64,000 bases of DNA, taken from positions 35,661-99,660 of the forward strand of contig CAWCZV010000015.1 in NCBI GenBank assembly GCA_963800095.1, given 5' to 3'. The notes under the pieces are model-generated. The model ran no database searches, was not told where the DNA came from, and was given only the letters and a program-made list of their open reading frames with translations. Made by a program: the position numbers and the translations under genes. Numbering within the stretch: position 1 is the first letter of the stretch; each line of letters opens with the position of its first letter. This DNA comes from an uncultured Acidobacteriota bacterium. Its GTDB lineage: Bacteria; Acidobacteriota; Terriglobia; Acidiferrales; UBA7541. Shown in pieces: positions 17,894 to 27,938 of this stretch.

Positions 17894-18025
17894 AAATATG
17901 GGCTTTGTGGGTCGCGGCTTCAGCCGCGACATTAAGACACCAAGGAAATATGGGCTTTAGCCCCTGACGGGCTGTCGAGTTTAGATGGCTGTTTATTTAT
18001 GAGATCTGAAGCCCCACAAATAGGA
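17894..18025. repeat. Cluster of short direct and inverted repeats around a GGCTTCAGCC hairpin
   Basis: AAATATGGGCTTT occurs twice (17894-17906, 17946-17958). There is a perfect hairpin GTCGCGGCTTCAGCCGCGAC (17911-17930). An inverted partial copy, TGAAGCCCCACAAA, lies at about 18007-18020. Confidence 0.7.
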
Positions 18026-18090
18026 CTTCAGTTGCCGTGGAATGTGCACGCGTGTACGATGCGTGCCATCGAAACGATGGAGGCTAGAAG

Positions 18091-18426
18091 ATGGCCGGCT
18101 ATCAATGGGCATGGAGCCGGTTCCGGATACTTCGCATCACTTTCTTCCTCCTGTTGATCGTCGGGTTTTCGCCGCTCGTTCCAACCAACCTCGCCCAACA
18201 TTACCTGATCATCGAAAGCCTTTGGGGTGTAACGCTCGTTTTGCTAGGCCTATACCTTTGGATGTGGAAATGCCCCAGGTGCCGAAAGCGTTTCGCCGGC
18301 AAAACAAGAAAATGGCTGCTTCTTCCTCAGCAGTGCGCAAACTGCGGGCTCCCAAAGAACTCGGTTAATCCTGCCGCCGCGCCAGGTGCGGCTCGGGCTC
18401 CTGCCGCAAGGAGCCCTGACCGATAA
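18091..18426 (+). CDS. Small membrane protein with a C-terminal zinc-ribbon motif
   Basis: Two hydrophobic segments are followed by CPRC...CANC. It has no recognised family and its coding status is not certain. Confidence 0.4.
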   Translation: MAGYQWAWSRFRILRITFFLLLIVGFSPLVPTNLAQHYLIIESLWGVTLVLLGLYLWMWKCPRCRKRFAGKTRKWLLLPQQCANCGLPKNSVNPAAAPGAARAPAARSPDR

Positions 18427-18562
18427 GCGCCCAAAACTCTGTGCGGGTGTGCTAGGAATGTCTTTGCAATCTTCGGCTATTTCGTTCCCGGTTCCCGCGA
18501 CAGCTTGCGCTCCCTACCCACTGTGTGATTTGCTTCATCTCGATTTCCTTCTTGAGGTCCCG

Positions 18563-19918
18563 ATGCACAAGACCATCATCGAGCCGTTCCGCATCAAGAG
18601 CGTTGAACCGCTTCGCCGCACTACACCCGAAGAACGCCGCCGACTGCTCGAGCAGGCCGGCTACAACTTATTCTCCATTTCGTCGGATTCCATCCTGATC
18701 GACCTGTTGACGGATTCCGGGACGGCCGCCATGTCCACAGAACAGTGGGCCGCCATGATGCGGGGCGATGAATCTTACGCTGGATCACCAAGCTTTGAGC
18801 GGTTCCGCGCGTCCGTACAAAGTATCTTCGGATTCCGCCATGTCATCCCTACGCATCAAGGACGCGCCGCGGAACATATCCTGTTCACCGTGATGTGCCG
18901 GAAGGGCAGCATCGTCCCGAACAATACGCACTTCGATACGACGCGCGCGAATTGCGAATTTCGCGGGGCCGAAGCCGTCGACCTGCCGATTCCGGAGGCG
19001 CGCGAGCCTTCGCTCGTGCATCCGTTCAAGGGTAATATGGATACCGACGGGCTCGAAGCTTTGATCGAACGCGAAGGGCGCGAACGCGTTCCCCTGGTGA
19101 TGCTGACGATCACCAACAACTCCGGCGGCGGACAGCCCGTTTCGATGGCCAACATCCGGACAGTTAAAGCGATCTGCGCGAAACATTCCATTCCTCTCTA
19201 TATCGACGCCTGCCGCTTTGCGGAGAACGCTTATTTCATCAAATTGCGCGAGCCAGGCTACGCAAACAAGACGCCGCGCGAAATTGCCCAGGAAATATTC
19301 AGCTACGCGGACGGATGCACCATGTCCGCAAAGAAAGACGGCCTCGCGAACATCGGCGGATTTCTCGGCACAAATGACGATCTAATCGCGCAACAGCAAA
19401 AGGACCTGCTGATCCTCACCGAAGGTTTCCCCACATACGGCGGGCTTGCCGGCCGCGACCTCGAAGCGATCGCCGTTGGGTTGAACGAGGCGCTCGACGA
19501 GGATTACCTGAGCTACCGCATCGCTTCGACGGCCTATCTCGCCGAGCACATCTCCCGCGGGGGCGTGCCAATCATCCAGCCGCCCGGTGGTCATGCGGTG
19601 TACATCGACGCTCGGGCATTCCTTCCGCAGATTCCACCCGCTCGATTTCCAGGCGTGGCGCTTGCCGCAGCGCTCTATGTCGAGGGTGGAATCCGGTCCG
19701 TGGAGATCGGAACGCTCATGTTCGGCGAGCACGCCACGATGGACGTGGTGCGTCTGGCAATCCCACGTCGCGTCTATACGCAAAGCCACATCGACTACGT
19801 CGTCGAAGTGATCCTGGAAGTCTGGCGCCGCCGTTCCGAAATCCAGGGTCTGGAAATTACCTACCAGGCGCCCTTCCTGCGCCACTTTACCGCCCGCTTT
19901 AAGCCTGCTTCCGCCTGA
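18563..19918 (+). CDS. Beta-eliminating lyase (tryptophanase / tyrosine phenol-lyase family, PLP-dependent)
   Basis: From ATG 18563 the product reads MHKTIIEPFRIKSVEP...DLLTDSGTAAMS...GDESYAGS...PTHQGRAAE...GGGQPVSMANI...YADGCTMSAKKDGL (PLP lysine region). It is colinear with TnaA/TPL as I remember them. The track start at 18386 is an over-extension. Confidence 0.8.
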   Translation: MHKTIIEPFRIKSVEPLRRTTPEERRRLLEQAGYNLFSISSDSILIDLLTDSGTAAMSTEQWAAMMRGDESYAGSPSFERFRASVQSIFGFRHVIPTHQGRAAEHILFTVMCRKGSIVPNNTHFDTTRANCEFRGAEAVDLPIPEAREPSLVHPFKGNMDTDGLEALIEREGRERVPLVMLTITNNSGGGQPVSMANIRTVKAICAKHSIPLYIDACRFAENAYFIKLREPGYANKTPREIAQEIFSYADGCTMSAKKDGLANIGGFLGTNDDLIAQQQKDLLILTEGFPTYGGLAGRDLEAIAVGLNEALDEDYLSYRIASTAYLAEHISRGGVPIIQPPGGHAVYIDARAFLPQIPPARFPGVALAAALYVEGGIRSVEIGTLMFGEHATMDVVRLAIPRRVYTQSHIDYVVEVILEVWRRRSEIQGLEITYQAPFLRHFTARFKPASA

Positions 19919-20385
19919 AGAGATTTCGATGTCCTGACAAGAGCACACCTTCGCTATCCTAATCATCCATCAGCCGATCGTTCTGGCTTCAGCCCATGAA
20001 ATTGTTCTCCCGTTGGATTGAATTCAGGGTGCGCTCCTTCGCGAAGCAACGAAAGAACTTAGTGAGCCAACTTTCGATAACGGAACTTCACAGGGTTTGG
20101 TCCACTAGCGCGTACAGGTGGTTCCGGAACATTGCCATTTTCTGGCATTGGCCAATGACCAAATTTGACTAAAGTACTAGCCTATTCGGCCTATTCTTGA
20201 TCCCGCCAACATCGAATACGCCCAAAAGAATTCCTGCAACACGCTGAAAATAAATAAGATGCACCAATTGTGCTCAATTCAGAACCATTCCGGCAATCGC
20301 TGGCCAGGGACGTGCTCCTTTACCTCTGAGCACAGAGTCTAGCGCTACTCACAAACACGTTAAATCACGAACAAGAAGGATTCCT

Positions 20386-20871
20386 GTGAAGCGTACCCCC
20401 AGCCAGAAGGGCTTTTCCCTAATTGAATTGTTGATCGTCGTCGCGGTCATTTTGATCATCGCGGCCATTGCAATTCCGAACCTGCTCCGCTCCAAGATTG
20501 CGGCCAACGAGGCGTCGGCCGTTGCTTCCATGCGCGCTTACAACACTTCGATCGTGGCTTACGAGACAACCTACGTTACCGCTCCCACGACGGACCTTTC
20601 CGCACTCGGCCCCTCGACCACGCCGTCTTCCACCGCGGCAGATCTGGTCGACAACTTGCTTGGCGTCGCCGCTCCGGTCAAGAGCGGGTACACTTTCACT
20701 TATACGCCAGGTGCGGCATCCGCGAGTGGCGTCGTTGCTTCATATTCAATTCTCGCTGTGCCCCTTTCTGCGGGGACCGGTCAGCGGCAGTTCTTCACGG
20801 ATGAAACCGGTGTGATTCGCCAAACTACGGATGGTTCAACTCCATCCGCCACCAGCACTCCAATCGGCTAG
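20386..20871 (+). CDS. Prepilin-type N-terminal cleavage/methylation domain protein (type IV pilin-like), paralog A
   Basis: Starts at GTG after SD AGAAGGA. KG|FSLIELLIVVAVILIIAAIAIPNLL is a class III signal peptide with Glu at +5. Confidence 0.85.
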   Translation: MKRTPSQKGFSLIELLIVVAVILIIAAIAIPNLLRSKIAANEASAVASMRAYNTSIVAYETTYVTAPTTDLSALGPSTTPSSTAADLVDNLLGVAAPVKSGYTFTYTPGAASASGVVASYSILAVPLSAGTGQRQFFTDETGVIRQTTDGSTPSATSTPIG

Positions 20872-20891
20872 TTCCTCGAAGAAGTTTACTT

Positions 20892-20929
20892 GGGGGAGAA
20901 AAGCAAACGCTTTTCTCCCCCATTTTATT
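20892..20929 (+). terminator. Rho-independent terminator of pilin-like paralog A
   Basis: GGGGGAGAAAAGC-AAAC-GCTTTTCTCCCCC (13-bp stem) is followed by ATTTTATT. Confidence 0.8.
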
Positions 20930-21240
20930 GAGCATGAGATTCCTTCCTCCCTGAAACATCCCTCGGAAAATTGCGTACGACCCTTCAAAAAATAGCCGGA
21001 ATCCGTCCCTCGCCTGCGTTAGAAACATCGCGATTTCTAGTCTTTGCACGCTAATCTTGAGGTTGACGCGGCACGGGGCGCCGGAGTAACTTGCCCGCGA
21101 ACATGAATGAGAATGTTTGTGTCCTAAAGATCCGGCGAGAATTTGCCGCGTGCTCGCGATCACAGGACTTAGAATCCTCCCGGATAGCGCTGAGCAAGGA
21201 AATGGCTTACTCCGATGGCACCGCTTTGGGGAGAAAAATC

Positions 21241-22842
21241 ATGAAGAATCGCGCGTTTCGCCAGAATACGTCTTCTCACACTGAGGGATGTATCAGTTCA
21301 GGCAGGAAGCCGGGCGTGTTCCTCACGCGCCTCATCGCTGGGCTGTTCGTGTTGCTTGGTCTTGGAGTGGGCCCGGCGGGAGCGGCGGATTGTTCGAACC
21401 TGCTCGGATTGAAGCTGAAGGACACCGTCATCACCGAGGCGACCGTCGTCGCGGCAAGAGGCGATGTGCCGGAATACTGCCGCGTGCAAGGCGGGCTCGA
21501 GACCGTGATTTTGTTCGAGGTGGCGCTCCCCACCAAGGCATGGAACAGCAAATTCTTCTACGTTGGCGGAGCCGGGTATAACGGGTCGGTTCCGGAACTC
21601 ACCGACGCGCTGGCAAGAGGATACGCCGCGGCCGGTTCGGACACCGGGCATCGCGGATTCCACTGGGATGCTTCGGCGATGTACAACGATCCGCATTCTC
21701 AACTGAACTACGCGCATCGCGCCACCCATCTGGTGGCGCTGCTGGCGAAGGAAATCGTCAAGACGTATTACGGCACGCCGGCGCGGCATTCCTATTTTTG
21801 CGGATGTTCGAACGGCGGCAAAATGGCGCTCATGGAGGTGCAGCGGTATCCGGACGATTTCGAAGGTGTGGTCGCTGGTGGCGCCGTGGTCGACCGAACC
21901 AAGGCGATGATTATGTTCGATTGGACCCAGCGCGCTCTCCTCGGGTCCGAGATTCCCCCATATAAAATTCAAGCGATGCAAAATGCAACGCTAGCCGCAT
22001 GCGACGCCAAGGACGGCTTGGTGGATGGCCTGATCGACCGCCCCGACAAATGCGAATTCGATCCGAAGGTTTTAACCTGCCAGGGCGCGGACGGTCCTAA
22101 TTGCTTGACGCCAAAACAAGTGACGGCATGGCAAAAGATTCTCAGCGGTCCGGTAAATTCCGCTGGGAAGCGATTGTATGTTGGATACTCGCCGGGACAT
22201 GAGGGCGACTACCCGGCCTACATTACCGGGGTCGGAACCATGCACGGATATCCCTCTAGCAATTTCATGTACATGGACAGTTTCATGCGCTGGATCGTCT
22301 TTGGCCCGAAATTCGATTCCGTAAGGAATTTTGATTACGACAAGGATCCGGAGTCGCTAGTGCCGTTTGAGAAAGATCAGGATGCCGACAGCACTGATTT
22401 ATCCGGATTCAAGGCCCATGGCGGGAAACTGATTCTGTACAACGGCTGGGCGGATCATTCCACCCCTCCGCTCCGAACCGTGCAATATTACAACGATGTC
22501 CGCCAGAAAAATGGCGAGGCCACCGGCGAATTCGTTCGCTTGTTCATGATGCCGGGCCTGTATCACTGCAACGGAGGACCGGGGCCGAACACGTTCGGCG
22601 GCCTCGGACAGAAGGGATACAAGAAGAACGACCCTGAAAGCGACATCATCGGCGCGCTCGACCGCTGGGTCGAACAGGGCATTGCCCCCGCGAAACTCAT
22701 TGCCACGAAGTTCAAGGACGATGATCCCAGGAAAGGGGTGGCGCGCACGCGTCCGGTGTGTCCGTATCCTCAGGTCGCGGCGTACAAGGGTTCGGGCAGC
22801 GTGGATGAGGCCGCGAATTTCGCGTGCGCCAGCACCAGGTAG
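21241..22842 (+). CDS. Tannase/feruloyl esterase-family alpha/beta hydrolase, secreted
   Basis: SD GGGGAG precedes ATG 21241 and the product has a signal peptide. FCGCSNGG is the nucleophile motif, and the conserved Cys pairs are typical of the family. Confidence 0.7.
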   Translation: MKNRAFRQNTSSHTEGCISSGRKPGVFLTRLIAGLFVLLGLGVGPAGAADCSNLLGLKLKDTVITEATVVAARGDVPEYCRVQGGLETVILFEVALPTKAWNSKFFYVGGAGYNGSVPELTDALARGYAAAGSDTGHRGFHWDASAMYNDPHSQLNYAHRATHLVALLAKEIVKTYYGTPARHSYFCGCSNGGKMALMEVQRYPDDFEGVVAGGAVVDRTKAMIMFDWTQRALLGSEIPPYKIQAMQNATLAACDAKDGLVDGLIDRPDKCEFDPKVLTCQGADGPNCLTPKQVTAWQKILSGPVNSAGKRLYVGYSPGHEGDYPAYITGVGTMHGYPSSNFMYMDSFMRWIVFGPKFDSVRNFDYDKDPESLVPFEKDQDADSTDLSGFKAHGGKLILYNGWADHSTPPLRTVQYYNDVRQKNGEATGEFVRLFMMPGLYHCNGGPGPNTFGGLGQKGYKKNDPESDIIGALDRWVEQGIAPAKLIATKFKDDDPRKGVARTRPVCPYPQVAAYKGSGSVDEAANFACASTR

Positions 22843-22852
22843 CTGACTCCAT

Positions 22853-24319
22853 CTATTTCGCCAGGCGGCTCCATTCCGCCTGCCACTTGGCCTTCAACGC
22901 GGCTCGGTCGACTTCCTGTCCCCGCAAGTAGACTTTGTTGATCCGCCGCGTGTTGCCGATTTTCTCCAGAGGGTTCGCGTCGAGAACGATGAAATCGGCG
23001 CTCTTACCCGCCGCCACCATCCCGGAATTAAAATGCGCGGTCTTGGCCGCGTCGCGCGTCGCCGCGACGATCGTCTCCATCGGCGTCATGCCCATCGCCA
23101 CCATGCTTTCCAAATCCAGGTGGTTGAAATAGCCGATCAAGAACCGGCTCTGCCCGGTGTCGGTTCCTGTGACGACCCGCATTCCCGCCGCCCGAAGCCT
23201 CATCACGCTGCCCGCTTGCACCTCGAAATCCTTACGGGCGCGTTCGACTGCGTCTGGCGTCATGTTCTTCAACGGATCGCCCCAGTACTCTTTAATTAAT
23301 CTAGGTGAATAGGTATCCTGCAGTAATGGGTCGTCGAGCCACACTGGACGCCCCCCGCCTTGCGTGTTCATCCAGGCCGTAATTAGCGCGGGCGTCATCC
23401 AGATGTTTGGCCGGTCGTTCCTGGCGATGCGCTGCTTGACGATGGCAATCAATTCGTCGTCGGCTGCTTCACCGCCGCGAACCGGCACGTGAAGCCATCC
23501 CTCGACGCCCGCGCGCATCAGTTCCTTGGCATCCGCCAAAGTGACGTTATGCACCCCGACCGGGACATTGAACTTGTGCGCCTCCTCGATAATCGCTCGA
23601 TAGAGAACGGGCGTCAGCGTCGGCTTGGTTCCGGCTCGGTTGTCCACCCAGATCTTGATGAATTCCGGTTGCATGCGGACATAGTCCTGAACAGCCTCTC
23701 GAGCCTCCTCCACCGTAGTGACCGGATACGACACGTCCACTCTGGAAGGATGGCCTTGGGCTCCCGATCCGGGCCAGGCGATCCCCGTGCCCGCCGTGCG
23801 AAACAGAGCCGCATTGGGGATGACCTGTTCCCGCACCTGCAACGGCACGTCTCCCCAATTCGTCCTGCCGCCATGCAGGTCGGAACGGTCTTCCAGATCG
23901 CCAACGCCGACGACCCCGCCGACCCCGTTGTAGGCGAGTCGCTCCAAGTGGTCGATCAGATTCTCGCGCGTGTAGAATTCCTTCGCCATGGTTCCTTCCG
24001 CTACGTGCTGGAACCCGAAGTGGCCGTGAAGATCGATCATCGCTGGCATGACAGTCTTGCCCGTCAGATCGACGTGCACAGCCCCGGCCGGAATCTGCAG
24101 CGCCCCGCGTCGGCCGACTCGGGTGAACAGGCTGTTCTCGACAAGGAACGCGGAGTTTTCGATGGCCGCGCTGCCGTCGCCCGTGATGAGCCGCGCTCCT
24201 TCGAACACTGTCGCGCCGGCCTTCCGCGTCTGGCCATCTGCCTGCCGGGACCAGGCCACGATCAAGAACAGACTCGCTACGACGAGCAGACAGAATGTCG
24301 TCCTCTTCACACGAAGCAT
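22853..24319 (-). CDS. Secreted amidohydrolase-superfamily metallohydrolase
   Basis: A strong SD AAGGAGG precedes ATG 24319. MIDLHGHFG supplies the HxH metal ligands, and there is a C-terminal GTD...aspartate block. Confidence 0.75.
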   Translation of the reverse strand: MLRVKRTTFCLLVVASLFLIVAWSRQADGQTRKAGATVFEGARLITGDGSAAIENSAFLVENSLFTRVGRRGALQIPAGAVHVDLTGKTVMPAMIDLHGHFGFQHVAEGTMAKEFYTRENLIDHLERLAYNGVGGVVGVGDLEDRSDLHGGRTNWGDVPLQVREQVIPNAALFRTAGTGIAWPGSGAQGHPSRVDVSYPVTTVEEAREAVQDYVRMQPEFIKIWVDNRAGTKPTLTPVLYRAIIEEAHKFNVPVGVHNVTLADAKELMRAGVEGWLHVPVRGGEAADDELIAIVKQRIARNDRPNIWMTPALITAWMNTQGGGRPVWLDDPLLQDTYSPRLIKEYWGDPLKNMTPDAVERARKDFEVQAGSVMRLRAAGMRVVTGTDTGQSRFLIGYFNHLDLESMVAMGMTPMETIVAATRDAAKTAHFNSGMVAAGKSADFIVLDANPLEKIGNTRRINKVYLRGQEVDRAALKAKWQAEWSRLAK

Positions 24320-24698
24320 TGTGGCCTCCTTCGAAATAATCTGTTTCAAGAGTGGGGCAAGAGTACCATGCGTTTGAGATGCTAATGCAATAGCCGCCTG
24401 TGAGTTTCAAACGCAGGAATCGCTTGTCCTGGCGTGTCGGCGACAAAAGATGCGCTCTGCCCGGAATCCTGGCCTGAATCCCTTTTGCAACTGCTTCATT
24501 CATCGGACCCATCTCGAAGTTGGGAGGCCCGCCCGGATACAGATGTTTAAGGCCTGGCCCACAATGGGACAAGGGGTCTTAGCCCTGTGTCATGAGTCAC
24601 ACCCGCCGGTGATGTAAGGCACTGAGATAGGTTTGCAGCAGGGGCATACTTAGGCATGCAAGGGGAAGTGAAAAATTGGAAGTTGCGAGGTGAAAGCC

Positions 24699-24983
24699 AT
24701 GAGTACTTTAGCGACCATGCTGACTTACCTGTTGATCGCCGGTGGCGCGGCGAGCGCGGTCTTAGTCGTTCTCGTAATTTACGGAAATGTTCTGGACACC
24801 AGGGCGGATGAAGAGATTTATCTGAACAAGACAGAAGAAAGAATGTTGGCTAGCGATCAGCCCGCTCTGATCAGGAAAATGAATCATCTTTCAAGAGTTA
24901 TCACAGTCCTGGCGGTCACGGCAGGCGTGTTGTTGCTGGCAAGCGCCAGCGTCTGGGTTTGGATAGGACTTCACAGATCGTAG
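24699..24983 (+). CDS. Small two-TM membrane protein, unknown function
   Basis: SD GAGGTGA precedes ATG 24699. Two hydrophobic helices flank a charged loop. Confidence 0.4.
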   Translation: MSTLATMLTYLLIAGGAASAVLVVLVIYGNVLDTRADEEIYLNKTEERMLASDQPALIRKMNHLSRVITVLAVTAGVLLLASASVWVWIGLHRS

Positions 24984-25083
24984 GTTGCATACAAGATGCT
25001 CTGCAGAATGCGGGGCGGTATTATGTCCCGGTTGAGGGAGAGAGTTGTTGGACACCTGCCGCCCCGAGCGAGGGAGGATGTCC

Positions 25084-25458
25084 ATGGCATTCGACAAAAA
25101 GGAAATGATTGAGCAGTTGAAGTTTGAAATCCAGATGATTGAGAATGGGCGATATTACCCCTCTGTCCGAGAACCGAGGCAAAATCCGGAAATCTTCCGC
25201 GACTCGATCACCTGCCTGAACGTTGGCCTTGAGGAAAAGGAGCATCCTTGCTCGAGTTGCTTCTTGAGCGAATTTGCGCCGCCTGACCTGCGCAACTCGC
25301 AAGGTGACATCTGCCATAAGATCCCGCTCAACGAAAAGGGTGACACGGTCGAGTCGCTCAAGGCGGAAGACGATCCATACAAGCTCCAGGTCACTGTTTT
25401 AGGCTGGTTAAGGAAAACCGTGGCAAAATTGGAAAAAGAAGTCGCGGTCGGCAAGTAG
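25084..25458 (+). CDS. Hypothetical cytoplasmic protein with a CxxC...CH motif
   Basis: SD GGGAGG lies 6 nt before ATG 25084. The product contains HPCSSCF...DICHK. I recognise no family. Confidence 0.4.
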   Translation: MAFDKKEMIEQLKFEIQMIENGRYYPSVREPRQNPEIFRDSITCLNVGLEEKEHPCSSCFLSEFAPPDLRNSQGDICHKIPLNEKGDTVESLKAEDDPYKLQVTVLGWLRKTVAKLEKEVAVGK

Positions 25459-25667
25459 GTGTGACTACCTTTCGCGGCGCAAAATGATCTGAGAGCAATG
25501 CGAGCAGCAAATCCGCCGTTTCCTGCTCGAGCCTGTCAAACAAACGTCCTAAAATCAATTGGAGCAAGTGGTCTTTCTCCGCTTTTCGAGCGCCTTTTCG
25601 CCCAGCTAATCCGAGCAACTCCCACGAGAGGAGCTGCTTTCTATCGCTTTGTTTGGACAAGCAAGTT

Positions 25668-25907
25668 TTAGTTGCGGGAGAGATAGCGATCGAAAAAATG
25701 GAGGAATGCCTTTACCCCCACGAGCCACGCGATGCCCGCCAGTCCGAGCATTATAGAAGAAACCAGTCCGAAACTGACCGCCAGGCGACCTATCAGGAAC
25801 TTCATTTGCGGCATGCCAAGTATCGCGAGAGCGATCAAGGTCCAGCCGAAAGCCCTGGTCGTCCACAGGGCCGTGCTAAATACTATGCGCTCATGCTTGG
25901 TCGACAT
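25668..25907 (-). CDS. Small two-TM membrane protein, unknown function
   Basis: 79-aa ORF with two clear hydrophobic segments. Confidence 0.35.
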   Translation of the reverse strand: MSTKHERIVFSTALWTTRAFGWTLIALAILGMPQMKFLIGRLAVSFGLVSSIMLGLAGIAWLVGVKAFLHFFDRYLSRN

Positions 25908-26015
25908 CTTCAGTGCCTTTCACAAATTCGCAACTCGCCCGCTGCGGAGCCTCTGCCCCTTCATGCTTCGCATAATCCACCAAAATAACCGCGGCCCATA
26001 GAAGATCATTCAGCC

Positions 26016-26390
26016 TTACAGGCCTGCATACGTGATCTTGGGCCTGATACTGATCACGTGGATTGCCTTTGCTTCTTTGTCGTACGTTCCGGTTACGGTC
26101 ACCTCTTGACCTGCAAAAGCTTCGGGTCGCAGTTGATCATCCAGGTTGTAAATGTGATTCGACTCGGAGTTGTAGAGCACGAATTGTGCGCCCTCGAATT
26201 TGACGCACGTGAGGACGCAGTTTCTCTCACTCTTGATTACCTGGACGTGGCGGCCTTGCGGACAGAAACTATCCGTTATTTCACCGGTGAAGATTTCGCC
26301 ATTTCGAACCGAAAAGCTGGGAATCTTTTGAGCGGAGAGGCCGCCGGCCAGTAACAGCACGCCTACCATGCCGATCGCAGCTGTTTTCAT
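26016..26390 (-). CDS. Small secreted Cys-containing protein, unknown function
   Basis: Has a signal peptide MKTAAIGMVGVLLLAGGLSA and four Cys in the mature part. Confidence 0.5.
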   Translation of the reverse strand: MKTAAIGMVGVLLLAGGLSAQKIPSFSVRNGEIFTGEITDSFCPQGRHVQVIKSERNCVLTCVKFEGAQFVLYNSESNHIYNLDDQLRPEAFAGQEVTVTGTYDKEAKAIHVISIRPKITYAGL

Positions 26391-26618
26391 GGGAGCCTCC
26401 TTTTGGTTCTGGAGTACTTCTCAATATATAAGAAACATCTGCTGTAAATAGGAAATGCGCAGTGAGCCCGGTCACGTCTCGTTGTGAGCGCGATCACGTT
26501 TAATCTGGTTTGCGGGCAGGTCAAGCGGAAGCGTGGCTCACCAGGTCGGGCCGGTTCTTCTCAAGTATCTTCCTGGCCTTCTGCGCATTGTCAACACGCG
26601 GGACCGTGCGTGATAATC

Positions 26619-27896
26619 ATGCCCATGACATCCACCACAACATTTTCCAAGGGCCAGTTTGTTGCGACCCCTGAATTTGAAAAGAATCTCGACCGCCTTG
26701 CAGAAGTTGCGGTGCGCGCCGGATTGGGCCTCGCGCCCGGACAAGAGATGGTGATGACCGCCACGCTGGATTCGGTTCCGCTGGCGCGCCGCATCACGGA
26801 GCATGCTTACAAAGCGGGCGCCTCGCTTGTCACCACATTGTTTACGGACGAGGAGTCGGCGCTGCTTCGCTTCCGCTACGGCGCCGACGCCAGCTTCGAC
26901 GCCGCCGCGTCGTGGCTCTATGAAGGCATGGCGCAGGCCTACCGCAACGGCGCAGCGCGGCTGGCCATCACCGGCGGCGATCCTTCGCTGCTCTCGAAAG
27001 AGGATCCGGAAAAAGTGAGCCGCGCGAATCGCGCCATGTCAAAAGCATACCGCCCGGCGCTGGAGCTGATTACGCGCCACGAGATCAACTGGACGATTGT
27101 CGCCTGCGCCACTCCCGCGTGGGCGGCGGCGATGTTCCCCGATCTGCCGCAAGACGAAGCGCTGGCCCGGCTCTGGGACGCCATCTTCGCCGCGTCACGC
27201 GCGGACCAACTCGATCCAGTGGCCGCGTGGAAAAAGCACGATGCCAACCTGCATGCGAGCGCCGGCCGCCTGAACGAAAAGCGCTATTCGGCTTTGCACT
27301 TCCGCGGCCCCGGCACCGATCTCCGCGTCGGTCTTGCCGACGATCACTTGTGGCTGGGCGGAGGGACAACGGCGGGGAATGGCCGGTATTGCATTCCCAA
27401 TATGCCGACGGAAGAGGTTTTCACCACGCCGCACAAAGATCGCGTGGAAGGCAAAGTGACCAGCACCAAGCCGCTATCGTATCAGGGCACGATGATCGAA
27501 GAGATTTCCGTGCGGTTCGAGGCCGGAAAGATTGTCGAGGCCCGTGCCGCGCGGGGCAATCAAGTTTTGCAGCGAATGATCGAGACCGACGAAGGAGGGC
27601 GGCGGCTCGGCGAAGTTTCTCTGGTGCCGCACTCTTCGCCGATTGCCTCGAGCGGATTGCTCTTCATGAATACACTGTTTGACGAGAACGCCGCCTGCCA
27701 CATTGCACTTGGGCAGGCCTACAGCACGTGTCTGAAGGATGGCGACACACTCACTCCGGAACAACTGGCGTCGCGCGGTGCAAACACCAGCCTGATTCAC
27801 GTCGACTGGATGATCGGATCGAATCGCATTGATGTGGACGGGATCAGCGCGGCGGGTGGGTCGGAGCCTGTGATGCGCGCCGGAGAGTGGGTGTAG
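26619..27896 (+). CDS. M29-family aminopeptidase (AmpS/PepS/aminopeptidase T-like)
   Basis: From ATG 26619, about 425 aa. The blocks NMPTEEVFTTP, GEVSLVPHSSP and HIALGQAY match thermophilic-metalloprotease M29 blocks as I recall them. Confidence 0.75.
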   Translation: MPMTSTTTFSKGQFVATPEFEKNLDRLAEVAVRAGLGLAPGQEMVMTATLDSVPLARRITEHAYKAGASLVTTLFTDEESALLRFRYGADASFDAAASWLYEGMAQAYRNGAARLAITGGDPSLLSKEDPEKVSRANRAMSKAYRPALELITRHEINWTIVACATPAWAAAMFPDLPQDEALARLWDAIFAASRADQLDPVAAWKKHDANLHASAGRLNEKRYSALHFRGPGTDLRVGLADDHLWLGGGTTAGNGRYCIPNMPTEEVFTTPHKDRVEGKVTSTKPLSYQGTMIEEISVRFEAGKIVEARAARGNQVLQRMIETDEGGRRLGEVSLVPHSSPIASSGLLFMNTLFDENAACHIALGQAYSTCLKDGDTLTPEQLASRGANTSLIHVDWMIGSNRIDVDGISAAGGSEPVMRAGEWV

Positions 27897-27938
27897 AGTT
27901 CGCTCCCGGCTGCGAAATTCAAATCCATTTTTCCTGCC

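Noticed and set aside
20140-20160. A sigma54 promoter in the conserved block upstream of both pilin-like genes (CTGGCATTGGCCAATGA / CTGGCGTAGGCGAATGA).
   Set aside because: TGGCA(T) fits the -24 element, but the -12 position reads AATGA in both copies instead of TTGC. The GG-N10-GC spacing rule is not met.
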